Source of the DNA: the human T2T-CHM13v2.0 reference genome, Homo sapiens
NCBI RefSeq assembly: GCF_009914755.1
Contig: NC_060928.1
DNA length: 64,000 nt
Reading direction: 5' to 3' (one strand)
Positions 32,439 to 47,110 of the stretch are shown piece by piece (position 1 is the first letter of the stretch; every line of letters begins with the position of its first letter). Below the pieces are notes generated by a model, which was not told the origin of the DNA, did not search any database, and saw only the letters and a program-made list of their open reading frames with translations. The position numbers and the translations under genes are program-made.

Positions 32439-34511
32439 TTAAAATTATTTTTAATTTACCTATAGGTTTTTGTATTAAGTGGAATTCTGTGAAGCCTGAT
32501 TAGTTAATATTATCCTTGAGTGAATAGCTTTTGAAAAAATAATTCACCATGAAACATCTCCACTCCCAAATTAGGCATAGTCTACCTAACATCTTTTGAA
32601 GCTACTTCCAATCAAATCTTCCTGAATCACTGTCAGTTAATAAATACTTTTATTTGAGTTGGAGACATGTATAACTAACAGTATATTTTTTATATTATGA
32701 TCAATTGACTATTTCTCTTGGGAGGCTGGATTACAAGAGAAAATAGAATAATGCCTGTTCTTACTTGGCAAGAACATACTTCCAGTCCCTCTAAACTTCC
32801 TGTATTGATATTTCATTAATCGATATGAGCCACATGGAGATTCTGGCTCAAGTATGGTTAGGGCCAAGATTATAACATTCTCTGGGTCACAGCCAAAAAT
32901 ATATCCATAATCGGGACTTAAAAAGCAATATACTAGCTGATAAGTTGGTTGCCAAATCATAAAATACGATGTACTTAAAAGAGAGAATATCTTGGCAGTT
33001 CCTGTGATGGTCCAAATGTGATTGACAGAGACTGCCAAGATATTCTCAGTCCAAATGAATGGCCCGTTAAGCTTTTAATCACCTAAATAAAATTATTAGA
33101 CCTTTGAAGTTTAGAATTACCTCAATACTTCATCAGACTCAGTGAGACAAAAGCTTCATATTTCATTTTCTCACTTGGTTAGTTGCTGTTGGCTGTCTAT
33201 AGTACAGAAGTCCTCAACTATCTTCTTTGCTTATGTAATATAGATTTTGATCATGAATTTAGGGGCCATGTTTTTCAGTAGACACTCGACACCTCCATTG
33301 CTCCAGTCTTCAAATTATGATTAGTTTTAGCCAATCACAGTTATTGCTTTCTTCTTGCCCATGATTGGTTTAGTTATCAGCATGTGAGGGAGATAAAAAT
33401 GAATAAGGTGTAGCTTCTTTCCTCAGGACTCACACTCTAGTGCAGAGACAAATGGTTGAGCAATATGTCATAGAGAAGTACACCAGGTTTGTTGTGAGGG
33501 CTATATGTATACAAGATAGAAACTTCAGACCAGTTAGGTATAAGGAAATCAGGAAACAGGCTTTCTCACTAACACCAATCAAGGTCAAAATTCCAGAAAA
33601 ATATATTATTATATAAATCTTCATAGTCAAGCACTGAGTACCCCATTTCCCCTCTGCCTTGTCCATAAATTGCTCCAGAATTAACGTGCTTCCAAACTGA
33701 CAGCACCCATTAACAACTCACTCACATAAACCACTCTTGCTCAAACAAGAAATTTAGGAACATCTGGAGAAAAAAAAAAACTGGAGGATTAAAATCTGCC
33801 TATGTAAAAAGGCTTTAGGAATTCTTCCACTATGAACACACTGCTTCATATTTTTGTGTTTATTTCTTACTCCTTTCTTCTTAGCTTTTTTCAGTATGTG
33901 GTCTTCATACACGCTAGGAGCTTCACTGAGGCATGTGGAATAGAATGCCAGAGCAGCTCTGTGGTCTGCTTTGCCAGGAGTTGTCATGGAGTTCCATCTG
34001 CCTTTGGAACTAAGTTATCTTTTAGATCAATTACTCTGTTTTATTTTGCACATGATGAAAATAGGCCAAAATACATTAAGTAACTTCTCCATACTCAAGT
34101 AACTGTTAAGAGCCACTGACTGACGTCAAGCCCATTGATTTTTCCACTATGTCATTCTATTAACCATCGTTTTCTGAAAACAGGACATCTCTGACTCCAC
34201 TTAAGATATTGAGCAATATCATTGGATAATTATTTCATATTTGCCCACATTTAAGCCAACATTCATATAAAAAACACTTCTTTTGTAAACTGTAATAACT
34301 CAGTCATTGAACAGCATCTCTCCTGAACAAGCTGAAAAGTATCGTCCACTTGGGGCTTTGCATTCAAAGAAGTGCTGTCCTTTCCAGTTCTCACAGTGGT
34401 GTCTCCACAGTTTCCTTTTCTTTTCTTTTCCACTACGCAGCATCAATTTTAACAGGAAGATAAAGACTGTAGGAACTGCCTCTATCAGCTGTCTCTGAAG
34501 CTCACGAGTCA

Positions 34512-35370
34512 TGTACTATTGGGCAAATAGTTTCAACCTTGGTTTCCTCATCTGTGAGTTACAAATTATGACTTCTCTTTAAAAACAATCCCTCTTTTGG
34601 ATATATACCCAAAGGAAAGTAAATAAGTACCAAACAGATATCTGCTCTCCCACGTGTAGCATTATTCACAATAGCCGAAATGTAGAAACAACCTTAGTGT
34701 CCACTGATGGATGAATGGATGAAAGAATTGTGGTATATATGTATACAACAGAATATTATTATTCAGCCTTAAAAATGAAAATTATTCCATTTATAACAAC
34801 ATAGATGAATCTGGAGGACATTATGCTAAGATAAATAAAACAGGCACTGAAAGAAAAGAGAAATACTGCATGATCTCCTTACACATGGTATCTAAAAAAA
34901 GTCAAAAACATGGAAACAGAGAGTAGAGTGGTCATTATCAGAGTGAGGTGTTAGGGGAATGGAGAGATGTAGGTCAAAGAGTACAAAGTTGCAGTTCTAT
35001 CAGATGAATACATCTAAAGATATAATATACAGCATGATGACCATAGTTAATAACACTGTATTGTATACTGGAAATTTGCTAAGAGTAGATTCCAGGTGAT
35101 CTCACCACACACACAAAAAAATGTAACTATGTGAGGAGATGAATATGTTGATTTGCTTGATGGTACTAATCATTTCACTATGTATATGTATATGAAAATA
35201 CCATGTTGTACCCCATAAATATATACAATTTTAAAGAAAACGTTCAATTAAAACCAATTCCTTAAAAGGCTGTAATAAGGATTAAATGAAATAATGCATG
35301 TAAAGTGCTTAATGTAGCATGGACTACTTGGCATGCAGAATAAACTAAAAGAGGATAGATATTATTTTTG
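34512..35370 (+). mobile_element. MIR split by the L1MA insertion
   Basis: Core ttgggcaaatag...gtttcctcatctgt on the left; aggattaaatgaaataatgcatgtaaagtgctt on the right. Confidence 0.75.
34585..35250 (+). mobile_element. L1MA8/9-like 3' end
   Basis: gcattattcacaatagcc, ggaggacattatgctaag, gaaatttgctaagagtagat, ccataaatatatacaattt. Confidence 0.85.
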
Positions 35371-35559
35371 TAATAATTACTTGTAATTAAAATCTACAGA
35401 GATGAGAAATGGGGGCCAAAAACTTGTCTTTCAAGCTCTTTTTGCCGTGGTTCTCCTAATTGGAGTTCTCTGAAACTCTTGTGTAAGCATTTGCAGTTTT
35501 ACCTATATTCGTGGATTGTGATTTAGCAAAAAATACTGAATATCAAACATGTCTCTGTT

Positions 35560-35710
35560 TTCTGATTTCTTGTGGCACTTTCTACTCTGCCTTGTTCTTG
35601 TCACTCCTGCTAGACTGTGAGTACTTTCTGAGCATAGACTGAGTTACTCATCACTCTACTCCCACAACCCATAGTAGTAGTCAATATATTGCTAATGATG
35701 AATGAATATA
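35560..35710 (+). mobile_element. L2 3' end
   Basis: ctagactgtgagt...gtcaatatattgctaatgatgaatgaat. Confidence 0.6.
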
Positions 35711-38602
35711 GTTATTTCTATGATCTCACTGACTCTTTTTCTTTCTACCCTTGAACATGCTCATTTTTTAGAACTTCATGATAAGGAAAATGCATACTTA
35801 AATGCAGCATCAAATATTAACTTTATACAGATTTGATTAACTTCCAAATTATATGTGAAGCCAAGCTGTACACTCTGCAAAATTTCCATCTTTCAAGGGG
35901 TTTACATACTGATGTGCCTTCATTTCAAATTATTGCTTTGAAGAGTGAAGGGGGGAACTTCAAGGGGTTATATTAGGGAATTGTTTTCTTTACAAATAAC
36001 GGAAAGTAATTCAACTGCAAGGAACATTAACTTCATTAAAAAGATACAGAAGAACCAAATTTCAGGAAGTACTTGGTTTAATTGGGCTTGGAAAGTCATT
36101 AGACACAAAAAATCTCTATCTCTTTGTCTTTGCAACTGAAGGATCACTCATCTCTACCCTTTTCTGTGTTTTATTTCTTTCTCATTCTTGCCTCCTGTTG
36201 TTTTTCACAGAAGGTTCTTAGTGTTGGATCCCCCACAATTTTGGTTTGCAAGCTGATTTGGCTTAGTAAATCACCAATTTATTTTAATCTTTGATTCTGA
36301 GTACACATATTTAAGAAAAAGAAAATCTAATTGTCTCAGCCTAGAGGTAATTCCCCTTGAATTGGATATTCCTTCCTTCCTTAACCAAGTTAACTGGAAA
36401 GAAAGTTATCACATAGTACCAACTGGTCAGCCAGGGATCTGGACAAAGGAGTGGGTATTCAGGAAAAATGTGGTCAAAACATCACTACACCAGTGACTTC
36501 AGCACAGGAATTCCCCATTATTGATAGTTTAATAATGAAAAAAATCAAGATGCATAATAGATATTGTATTTTTATTTGGTCAGAAGGGTCTTTATTATAT
36601 TTTTATATGGTCCGAAGGGTTTAATTCTTCTATGGTTGGAATTCACACCAAAAGACAACATTGCTCACCCTTCACAGGACCCCACTGATAGTAGAGATCG
36701 GGTAAATGGAATGACTCTAATGTTATTTGTATGAGGCTATTTCACTTGGGCATGTTGTACTTGTCCAATTGTTCAGTATGATTGTGAATGGAGTTTCTTG
36801 TCTCTAGGTAGTCTCGTTCAGAGCATTAACATTTGTGGAACATAATTAAAGTCAAGAGATTTATAGTGGAGGGTATGGATAAGAAAGAAGATGAAGTTAT
36901 GACTAGTCTAGCAAGGGGAAATGATGTTGTGATATAATGATTATCTACTCCAGTTTTTACATATTGGGAGCTCTGCTTATTCTAGAAATTTGCCTTGCTT
37001 TCTGAGTTATCTCATGTAACCACAATACCTGTAAGTGTTCAAGATTACTATCAGTCCAGCACTCCATGGTTTATTTTTCTCAGTCTAGCAAGAGAGGGGA
37101 AAAAGCATATATGGATTTTGAATCATTTTTATCTCTTCTACAATATTTGCTGATATCAAAGGCACCATTTTCTTTTGAACTTACCATAGAAGTATGGTAA
37201 ATTCTATGAAAATAGAACCATCACATTGGGATGAGAATTCTTTCACTACACTGTAAGTGCAAATTTCCATGATGCACAAATGATATTGTTTACCATATCA
37301 GGTTACCAAGAATAAACTCAGGTAAAAAAGTGGTATAAAATTTATTTTTATTTGAAAATGGAACATGGGAATGCAAATTAACAAATTAATTAAGAGAAAA
37401 TTCTCTAAGAAAACCAATACTTTAGTGTATATTATTTTAAAGAAAAAATGCAATAAGTTTATCAGTATGCATTATTGTGAACCATCACTCAAGGTTCATG
37501 TCAAAGATTGAAATTTGATACATTGAGATTAATTTTTAATCAGACCAGTGACTTTGGGATGTTTTAATAGACACTCATCAAATGTTTCAGACATCCAGTT
37601 ATTTCGGTATCAATGTAATGATAATAATAGAATTTTTAATTTTTTCTTTACATTGGTTAAGTTTAACAAAATACAGAAGAAGAGATAAAGGACTATATTT
37701 AATGAAATTAAGTATTCATAAATGTTATTTTAGAAAGCATACCCACTATCAAACCTCAGGCATTCCTGTATTCACTTAAAGCAGGAGGTTTTATCACCAG
37801 CAGCATTAGATGCCCAGTTGGAAGTTGGGTAACCCGATGAAGCCAAGGAGACATTTTTTCCTCCATAATGATTATTCATTTTATAAAAAAAAAGATAAAG
37901 TTTTTTAATACCATAAAATAATTGCAGGTTAGATTTTCCAGCCATTCTATATTTTCAGTGATTATGAAGACATTTCTGTAACTATGATGTTTTCCAGGAC
38001 AATTTCATCCTTTGACGCTTTCTTTCTAAATACTTTAAAAAGTGAAGCCATTAATTGGGAACCTTCTAGGGAAATCATTACATAAGATGAAGAAGAGTAA
38101 AATTAAGACATTACTTGCCTTAAATTCTGACCAATATAAATATAATAAATGTAGGCCATTGAAGGCCAGAGAGAATATTTTATAAGGTTGAGCAATTATT
38201 CCTTGCAGCTTGGAAACATTGGTATATTTGTTTGATCTAAAAAGTCTTGCTCCCCAGTGTGACCTAACCTTACTGTTGGGTTTTTTACCAAATTTAAAAT
38301 AAATTTCTCAAGCTCCTGAAATGTTACACATTGCTTTGTGCTCCTCAAGGAAGTAAATTCTTGAGAAACTTAAAAGTTGAAGGATAAATGCTTGTTAAAT
38401 ATCAAAGAAGAAAAGTAAATTATCAATGGAAATGCCAGTGAAAGACAAACAACAGGATAAAACTTATAACAGAGAAACTTGGAAAAATCAACTAGAAACT
38501 CTTGGTGGTGATAAATATACCAATATAGGAATGGAAACAAAGAAAGAACTTACATCTACAGCTCAAATCCAGTAACTCAAACAGGAGGGAAAAGAGTAAT
38601 AG

Positions 38603-38942
<340 letters not shown>

Positions 38943-39259
38943 CTCACACAAATCTTAAAAGGATAATATATGCCTAAGAGAGATGCTCTAGAGAAAGCAA
39001 GTACAAAAGCATAATTGTTCTCCTCATCAGAGGAGTTTTCTTGGCTATCCTTTGTGATATGTGGTGTATTTGTTAGTGAAAATAGAGTCCTAAACGTTTA
39101 TACTTGCCCCAGATTTCCAATATGTGTATTGGCATGGTTTAAGAGATTGCATAAACTTGGGAGAATATGCAATGTTATAATGCATCGCTATTTCCATGCT
39201 ACCTATCCTAAGAGGTACTTGGATAACACCATAATGCCCTCAGTCAAAGCAGCATTTGC

Positions 39260-40060
39260 TGAGTGTTAATTATTTGTTAGGCACTTTATTAGGCTCTAAG
39301 GCTTCAATAATGGGAAGAAAACAGACAGGAGTCCTGCTTTTCTGGACTTTACAGGTTAATGGGAGGAACCAAAAAATAAGTTATCATTGAACATACAATT
39401 TTAAATTGTGGTATGTGCAATAAAAGAAGAGTACAAGGAACAAAGAAAGAGTAAAAGAGCTGTCTGGGCATGGTGGGAGGCTGAGGCAGGCTGATCACTT
39501 GAGTCCAGGAGTTCAAGACCAGCCTGGGCAACAGGGTGAAACCCCATCTCTACACATCTCTACAAAATATACAAAAATTAGCTGAGTGTGGTGGCGCGCA
39601 TCTGTAGTCCCAGCTACTTAGGGGACTGAGGTGGGAGAATCACTTGAGCTCAGGAGGTCTAGGTTGCAGTGAGCTGAGATCGTGCCACTGCACTCCAGCC
39701 TGGGGGTGACAGAGTGAGACCCTGTTTCATAAAAACAAAAAAAAACAAAAAACAAAAAAGTAAAGGAGCACACTTGACTAAGTTTTGGCAATTGAGGATT
39801 GCTTCCCTGAGCGTGTGCAAATTGAGATGAAAATAAAATGAACGTAACTTAACTATATGAAAGTGTACAACAGAGAATTTTCCAAGGCAGAGGTGTCAGC
39901 ATGTCCAAAGGCCCTGTCACCAAGGCATGTCCAAAGGCCTTTGATAGAGCAGATTCTTTTGAGAATCTGAAAGACGACCAGCATGCCTTTACTCAGGGAA
40001 CTTAAAAGAGCAGGGTTGGAAAAGCTCCTGTGCCCTTTTGTCAGCAAGGAGGCAAATAAC
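39260..40060 (-). mobile_element. L2 fragment hosting the AluJ
   Basis: gcatttgctgagtgttaattatttgttaggcact...; aggcagagg...gcatgtccaaaggccctg. Confidence 0.65.
39461..39759 (+). mobile_element. AluJb-like with a short 5' internal deletion
   Basis: gcatggtgg joins gaggctgaggc, omitting ctcacgcctgtaatcccagcacttt; TSD agtaaaagagc/agtaaaggagc. Confidence 0.9.
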
Positions 40061-40676
40061 AGTGTGGTGAAGGTAATGGCAGGATTGAAGATAAAGATCT
40101 CCTAGCAAAAGAAAACCAATGCTTTTATATGACCAGCCTCTCATTGGGTGTTCCTATAAGAGTAAAACTGGAAGACAAAAATTTTCCTCTTTTTTTTTAA
40201 ACTCAGAGGCATACCTATTTAGCAGACAGTACCACTTTAGAACTGTCACTCATAGAAGCTGTCCATGTTCAAAGCCTATTCTAGTTTTATTCCAAGGAGA
40301 ATCCCCTGGCACAAACAGACTAAAATAATAGAAGAAGCCCTTAAACTCTTCTTGCACGATAATTTGGAGTAACTATGATAAAATAAATTTGTATTTGGCA
40401 AGGTCTGATTGTGACTATTTTATCCTGAGATTTGGTTGCTGTGAAGGTTTTCCCCATCCCCTACTGAATATTCTGCCAGCAGGAGAAAAGACTGGGCTAA
40501 ATTAATGACAACCTGTCTCCTAAACCAAGCACAAAAAGAGACTAGTCAAGGAGGTTTGGGGAAGGGGTGAAAGGAATTAAAAAAAATACTGAAAGGGATC
40601 TAACAAAAACAATGGGAAGCATCAGAGGAAAGAGAAGACCCAAGTCAGGTAAGTTTCCCATAGATCATAGACGGGA

Positions 40677-40740
40677 GAAAGAAAGAAAGGAAAGGAAAGG
40701 AAGAAAGCAAGCAAGCAAGCAAGCAAGCAAGAAAGAAAGA
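40677..40740. repeat. (GAAA)/(GGAAA)/(GCAA)n compound STR
   Basis: Read directly. Confidence 0.85.
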
Positions 40741-40780
40741 CTCGAATCCAGTGGCTTTTGTTGTTACACAATTTTAAATG

Positions 40781-40950
40781 ACCAGATCTCATGAGGACTC
40801 ACAATTTATTAGGAGGACAGTACCCAGGATGATGGTGCTAAACTAGTCATGAGAAATCCGCCCCCAGGATCCAGTCATCTCCCTCCTCCAACATTGGGGA
40901 TTACAAATGAACATGTAACTTGGGTGGGGACATAGATTCAAACCATATTA
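40781..40950 (-). mobile_element. MSTB-like LTR fragment
   Basis: accagatctcatgag...catgagaaatccgccccc...caacattggggattaca...ttcaaaccatat. Confidence 0.75.
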
Positions 40951-41090
40951 GTCCCCAAACCAGCAGTATCTGCATCACCTGTGAACTTGTTAGAAATATA
41001 AATGATCAGGCCTCACCCCAGTACTACTAAATCAGAAACCCTGGGGGTTGTGCCCAGCATCTGATGCCTGCTAAAGCTTGAGGAGCCCTG
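40951..41090. mobile_element. MER5A (hAT-Charlie MITE) fragment
   Basis: accagcagtatctgcatcacctgtgaacttgttagaaat...ggcctcaccccag...aatcagaaaccctggggg. Confidence 0.8.
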
Positions 41091-41542
41091 TTCTAGAAGT
41101 CTAATTACCCTTGAGGACCAATAATAGATTAAAGTTGTAGCAGATTACCATCAGCTGTGGATTCTATGTGGGGAAGAATAACACAATCCTAAAAGGAAAA
41201 ATATCAGGTTATGTATTATACCTTTTTTCCATTTTTAGTTCTGACATTCAAGATATATCTGCTTTATTTATCACATATTTTATGTTAGATTTACAAGTAT
41301 TACAAAATAATACAATTAGGGAATGACTGCTCATCTGAAAATATTTTTATTTAATACTTTCATTTGTTGCAGAAAAGACTCTACTTAAACTTATAAAACA
41401 ATGAGATAGTCATATAGTTCAGGAATTGGATAAAATTATTGGGAAATTCTAATTTGTTATTCTTACTAATATTTCAGAATGTACTTCCATTAAGTCCATC
41501 TGCCTATATTGTTCTGACAAGGAATGAATCATGAACACATAT

Positions 41543-41904
41543 TGTATTAGTCTGTTTTCATGCTGCTCATAAAGACATACCCAAGACTGGGTAATTTATA
41601 AAGAAAAAGAGGTTTAATGGACTCACAGTTCCACGTGGCTAGGGAGACCTCACAATCATGGCAGGAGAGCAAGGGACGTCTTACATGGTGGCAGGCAAGA
41701 GAGAATGAGAGCCACACATAAGGGGAAACCCCTTATAAAACCATCAGATCTCATGAGATTTATTCACTACCACAAGAACAGTATAGGGGAAACTGCCCCC
41801 ATGATTCAATTATCTCCCACCAGGTCCCTCCCACAATACATGGGAATTAATGGGAGCTACAATTCAAGATGAGATTTGGGTGGGGACACAGGCAAACTAT
41901 AGCA
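41543..41904 (-). mobile_element. THE1B/C solo LTR
   Basis: tgtattagtctgttttcatgctgct...gagatttgggtggggacacag...ca; near-TSD catat/cacat. Confidence 0.92.
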
Positions 41905-42249
41905 CACATGTACAGATTTCTTTAACTCTTATTCTTCAAAAATGAAGTGATTTGGTGAACTTTGCTGAGTAGTTTAGTATATCCTTAGAATCACAATAGT
42001 ATGAACTTAAATCCAGCAGGATAATATTGATCTTATTCTAGAGTAAACGGGGAAAAATCATCTAAAGAGCAAGAAAACAGTCTACTTTACTTGGGCCAAA
42101 TATAACTTTGATGAGATTTGTAAATAATGATCAATAAGAAGCAAAACTTACTACCTGCAAATAAGACAAATTTTATGCAAAGTTATTTGAACTACAATAC
42201 CAATCCAAATCCTCCAAGCATGGTTTCAGATATTCCAGAGTAAAACAAC

Positions 42250-42839
<590 letters not shown>

Positions 42840-44749
42840 AAATTTAATATTTTATATTTAAAATGAAGCCCAAGAAATTATATAAAGCTAAAATTAGTTC
42901 TTCATTACCTATAAAGAATGTACTGAGCAGTACTGCCTAAATACCTTAGACATGTGATTCACAGCTCATTTTAAAGCTTAGCACATTGATTTGGTACAAG
43001 GATGACCATGAATCTGCATGGTAATATTATATGAGATGGATTTAAGCAAGCCATTTGGGCTAATCCAGGCAAATTACTGCCAGCTGATAGAGGGTTTCTG
43101 CATATGTAGCTGTGTTTGCTCTGGTCTTCTTGCCTGTTGGTAGCAGTAAAATATCGTATTAATTTTATCCTTCTGGTGTCCACCTGGCTCTCCATTACTA
43201 GACCTTGAGTTCCAATGATGTCACCCTTTGATCCTTCCTCTTTTAATGTCCATCTGCTGAATAACTGTCCCTTCCAGCTTGGAGCACAGACCTGTAAGAA
43301 AGAACAACCCTTCATTTAATATGAAAACCCTATCATTTCTATTAAATAATGTTTAAAACTAGACACGGTCTAATGCTTTCAATAGATTTGTAGTTAGTTC
43401 ATCAGAGTTTCAAAACTCTATTTGTTCTTTTGCCTATGGTTGACCCAAAAGAAAAGTAAAGCATATTATACCTCCATTTGTCACCGTCTACATTTCAAAA
43501 ATAAAAGCAAGTTTTAAATGCTACAATTAATCTCAAATTCTTAATATTTTTTAAACAAGGAAAAAAGCAACTGGTGGATTTTGGTATAAGAGCTGTTATT
43601 TAAAAATAGAATTAAAAAGAAAACTAAAAGCATATGAATGACGAGATAAAAGAGTATGAGAAAAAATGTTTGAATTGTGGTGCTTTCTGATGGCTCTACT
43701 TCTCAATTCAGCCAAAGAAAAAAAGTAGTTTGAGTTTGTGGTAAATGTTGCAGGCAGAATAGCAGGGTGCGTGTGCAGCTACACACATCTGGCCCACAGG
43801 TGTCCAAGTGGAATTTGCCATCACTCCAAGAAACAGTCAGCTATTGTCTTTTTAAATTGAGAGTGGTGTGAGGACTAGTGGAATTCAGTGTTACATGTCA
43901 AGCGTACAACATATTCATTTAGGTCAGAGTTGCTTGACATCCTTTTGAGTTAATTTTACTCAATTGAAAATGTTTCATGAAAATGAGACAAAAACCAACT
44001 TCTTGCTCTTCCTTCAGAATCACATCTTCAGAGGAAGTAAATGAAAAGAAGTCTGTTTCTAGTTTCCATTGCTTAAAATCTTACTTAAGAGTAACAGAGA
44101 GTTTGAGTGCTTTGTTGGTTTGAAGGATGTAACAAGTTTATCAGGAAGATTGTTGTCTTCTGGCTCTATGAATCCCACTGCTTGTATATGCCCTCCTGTC
44201 CTTCCTTCTCTCTGGCTCCATAGAACCTAACTTCAATTTCTTTCTTGAAGGTACCTGCTGTTAAACAATTGTTTTTGTTACTATATTTTTTTCCCTGGAT
44301 GTATCTGTCATAACTATAAATCTCTTTTTTTATTTCTGCTAAGGAAAATGAGTGTTTATCTCAATAAAATCAAGGTTCCACTCCAACTTTTGCTGGTGCT
44401 GTGGCTGAGTTTCTCAGCCTCACAATACATCAGAATACTGGAAGTATCATTTGGCATTTGGATTATACATCCATCTTCAGTCTTCTGTCCACAGAGATTT
44501 GCCACATTGTCATCCTCATTACTTCTTGCGTGAGTTCCTCAAGCCCAAATTCTCATTTTCTCTGCTACTTTAGTTCTAAAACTGAGGGTTTATTTCCAAA
44601 ACTTGAAAGCTGGTTCTAAATTTGAGAACCTGAGGGACTGAAAACCATTCTTTTGCTTTGATTCACACTCATTCTCCTAAAACTCTGAGAGGCTGCACAT
44701 GCTTTTATTTTGACATATTTTGCAACCACAACCTATCCAAGGTCTTCTA

Positions 44750-45714
44750 TTGAAATGACGACATGATTGTTCTTTATTCTGTTGAGGTGGTGGATTTCAA
44801 TGAACGGTATTTAAACACCAGACCTTACATTTCTAGGACAAACTCTACTTATTCATATTGTCTTTTATGTATTACTGGATTTGATTTGCTAATATTTTAT
44901 TAAGGATTTTTGTACATACATTCACAAGGTATAAAGTTCTTACACTGAGAGATTTTATATCTCATATTGATTTTAACAATATCTCTTTATGTTACTTTGT
45001 AAATGTTGTTCTATGATTACAATATACATCTTTAACTTATCACAAACTTTCTTCAAATAATATTATACTTTTTCACAAACAGTGTAAGAACTTTTATTTG
45101 CAATGACTTTGTCTGTTTTTGTATGTTAAGGCTTGAATATAAAATGAGTGGAAAGTATACCTTCTTCTGTTCCCTGAAAGAGTTTCTTCAAACTGACAGT
45201 GTTTGTTTCTCAAAAGTATGATAGAACTTACCAGTGAAATCATTTAGACCTGGAGTTTTCTTGAGAGAAATCTTTAATGACAAATTTAATTTATTTACAA
45301 TATACAGTTGTCCCTCAGTATCTGTGAAGGACTGGTTTCAGGCTCTACCCTCCCAACCTCATGGATACCAAAATCTGCATATGCTCAAGTCCCTTACATA
45401 TAATGGCCTATTATTTGCATGTAACCTATGCACATCCTCCTATATATTTTGAATCATCTACAGATTATTTATAATACCTGATACAATGCTTAAGCATCAC
45501 TTTATTCACGTGGATTCAGCATAGTACTTGATGCACAGCAAATTCAAGTGTTACTTTTTATAACTTTGTGAAATTTTTTCCCCAAATATTTTTGATGCAC
45601 AGTTACTTGAAACCATAGATGTGAAACCCACAGATACAGAGGGCTGGCTGTATAGGACTATTCACATTTTCTAATTCTTTGTGTTTTAGTTCTAGTAATT
45701 TCTGCCTTTCATAT
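44750..45714 (-). mobile_element. Old L1M fragment (antisense), interrupted by MER2B and a templated insertion
   Basis: ctggatttgatttgctaatattttattaaggattttt, tagaacttaccagtgaaatcatttagacctggag, taggactattcacattttct. Confidence 0.7.
45305..45650. mobile_element. MER2/MER2B (TcMar-Tigger MITE)
   Basis: TIRs cagttgtccctcagtatctgtg / cacagatacagagggctggctg, flanked by TA. Confidence 0.9.
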
Positions 45715-46358
45715 TGAGAGATTAAGCCAGCTGGACTTCCTGGGTTGAGTAGGGACTTGGAGAAATTTTCTGTCTAGCTAGAGGATTGTAAACACACCAA
45801 TCGGTGATCTGTAAAAACGCACCAATCAGTGCTCTGTGTCTAGCTAAAGGATTGTAAATGCACCAATCAGCACTCTGTAACAATGCACCAATCAGCGCTC
45901 TGGGTCTAGCTAAAGGGTTGTAAACACACCAATCAGCACTCTGTAAAATGGACCAATCAGCACTCTGTAAAATGGGCCAATCAGCAGGATGTGGGCAGGG
46001 TCAAATAAGGGAATAAATGCTGGGCACCCCAGCCAGCAGCAGCAACCCACAGAGGTCCCCTTCCACTCTGTGGAAGCTTTGTTCTGTCATTTTTCACAAT
46101 AAGTCTTGTTGCTGCTCACTCTTCGGGTCCACATCACCTCTAAGATCTGTAACACTGGCTGTGAAGGCCCGCAGCTTCATTCTTGAAGTCAGTGAGACCA
46201 CAAACCCACTGGAAGGAAGAAACTCCACACACATCTGAAGGAACAAACTCCGGACACACCATCTTTAAGAGCTGTAACACTCACCGCGAAGGTCCGCGGC
46301 TTCATTCTTGAAGTCAGTAAGACCAAAAACCCACTGGAAGGAACCAATTCTGGACACA
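45715..46358 (+). mobile_element. LTR12-family (ERV9; LTR12F-like) solo LTR
   Basis: TG...CA ends, perfect 4-bp TSD atat, tandem caccaatcagcactctgt U3 repeats, duplicated U5 block. Confidence 0.95.
45797..46017 (+). promoter_or_regulatory. LTR12 U3 promoter: seven CCAAT (NF-Y) boxes and an AATAAA TATA-like box
   Basis: CCAAT at 45797, 45822, 45863, 45888, 45929, 45953, 45977; aataaa at 46012-46017. Activity is inferred from the family, not shown. Confidence 0.7.
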
Positions 46359-46487
46359 ATATGATTTTTCCATTTCAAATATGTTGCAAAATTCATTAGT
46401 ATAAATTTTTAAATAATATTTCCTTACCGTTCATATATGTGTACATATATATATAATTTCTTAATTTATCTCTCCTTTTTAAAGTAG

Positions 46488-47110
46488 GTGGGACTGTAAA
46501 CTAGTTCAACCATTGTGGAAGTCAGTGTGGCGATTCCTCAGGGATCTAGAACTAGAAATACCATTTGACCCAGCCATCCCATTACTGGGTATATACCCAA
46601 AGGACTATAAATCATGCTGCTATAAAGACACATGCACACGTTTGTTTATTGCGGCACTATTCACAATAGCAAAGACTTGGAACCAACACAAATTGGAACC
46701 AACAATGATAGACTGAATTAAGAAAATGTGGCACATATACACCATGGAATACATGCAGCCATAAAAAATGATGAGTTCATGTCCTTTGTAGGGACATGGA
46801 TGAAATTGGAAATCATCATTCTCAGTAAACTATCGCAAGAACAAAAAACCAAACACCGCATATTCTCACTCATAGGTGGGAATTGAACAATGAGAACACA
46901 TGGACACAGGAAGGGGAACATCACACTCTGGGGACTGTTGTGGGGTGGGGGAGGGGGGAGGGATAGCATTAGGAGATATACCTAATGCTAAATGACGAGT
47001 TAATGGGTGCAACACACCAGCATGTCACATGTATACATATGTAACTAACCTGCACATTGTGCACATGTACCCTAAAACTTAAAGTATAATAATAATAAAA
47101 ATAAATAAAT
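46488..47110 (+). mobile_element. 5'-truncated L1PA2/L1PA3 3' end
   Basis: 3' UTR gacGAGtt (not the L1HS-Ta ACA); (TAAA)n tail; TSD aaagtag at 46481-46487 and 47111-47117. Confidence 0.93.

Noticed and set aside
32709-33038. 109-aa minus-strand ORF as a protein-coding gene
   Set aside because: Starts at TTG, has no recognisable domain, and an in-frame stop lies between the candidate acceptor and the ORF.
42971-43315. 114-aa minus-strand ORF downstream of a strong acceptor
   Set aside because: No recognisable homology or upstream coding exon; the length is within chance. Kept only as a candidate non-coding exon.
45770-45985. Regular repeats resembling a CRISPR or iteron array
   Set aside because: These are the U3 tandem repeats of LTR12; no unique spacers and no cas genes.
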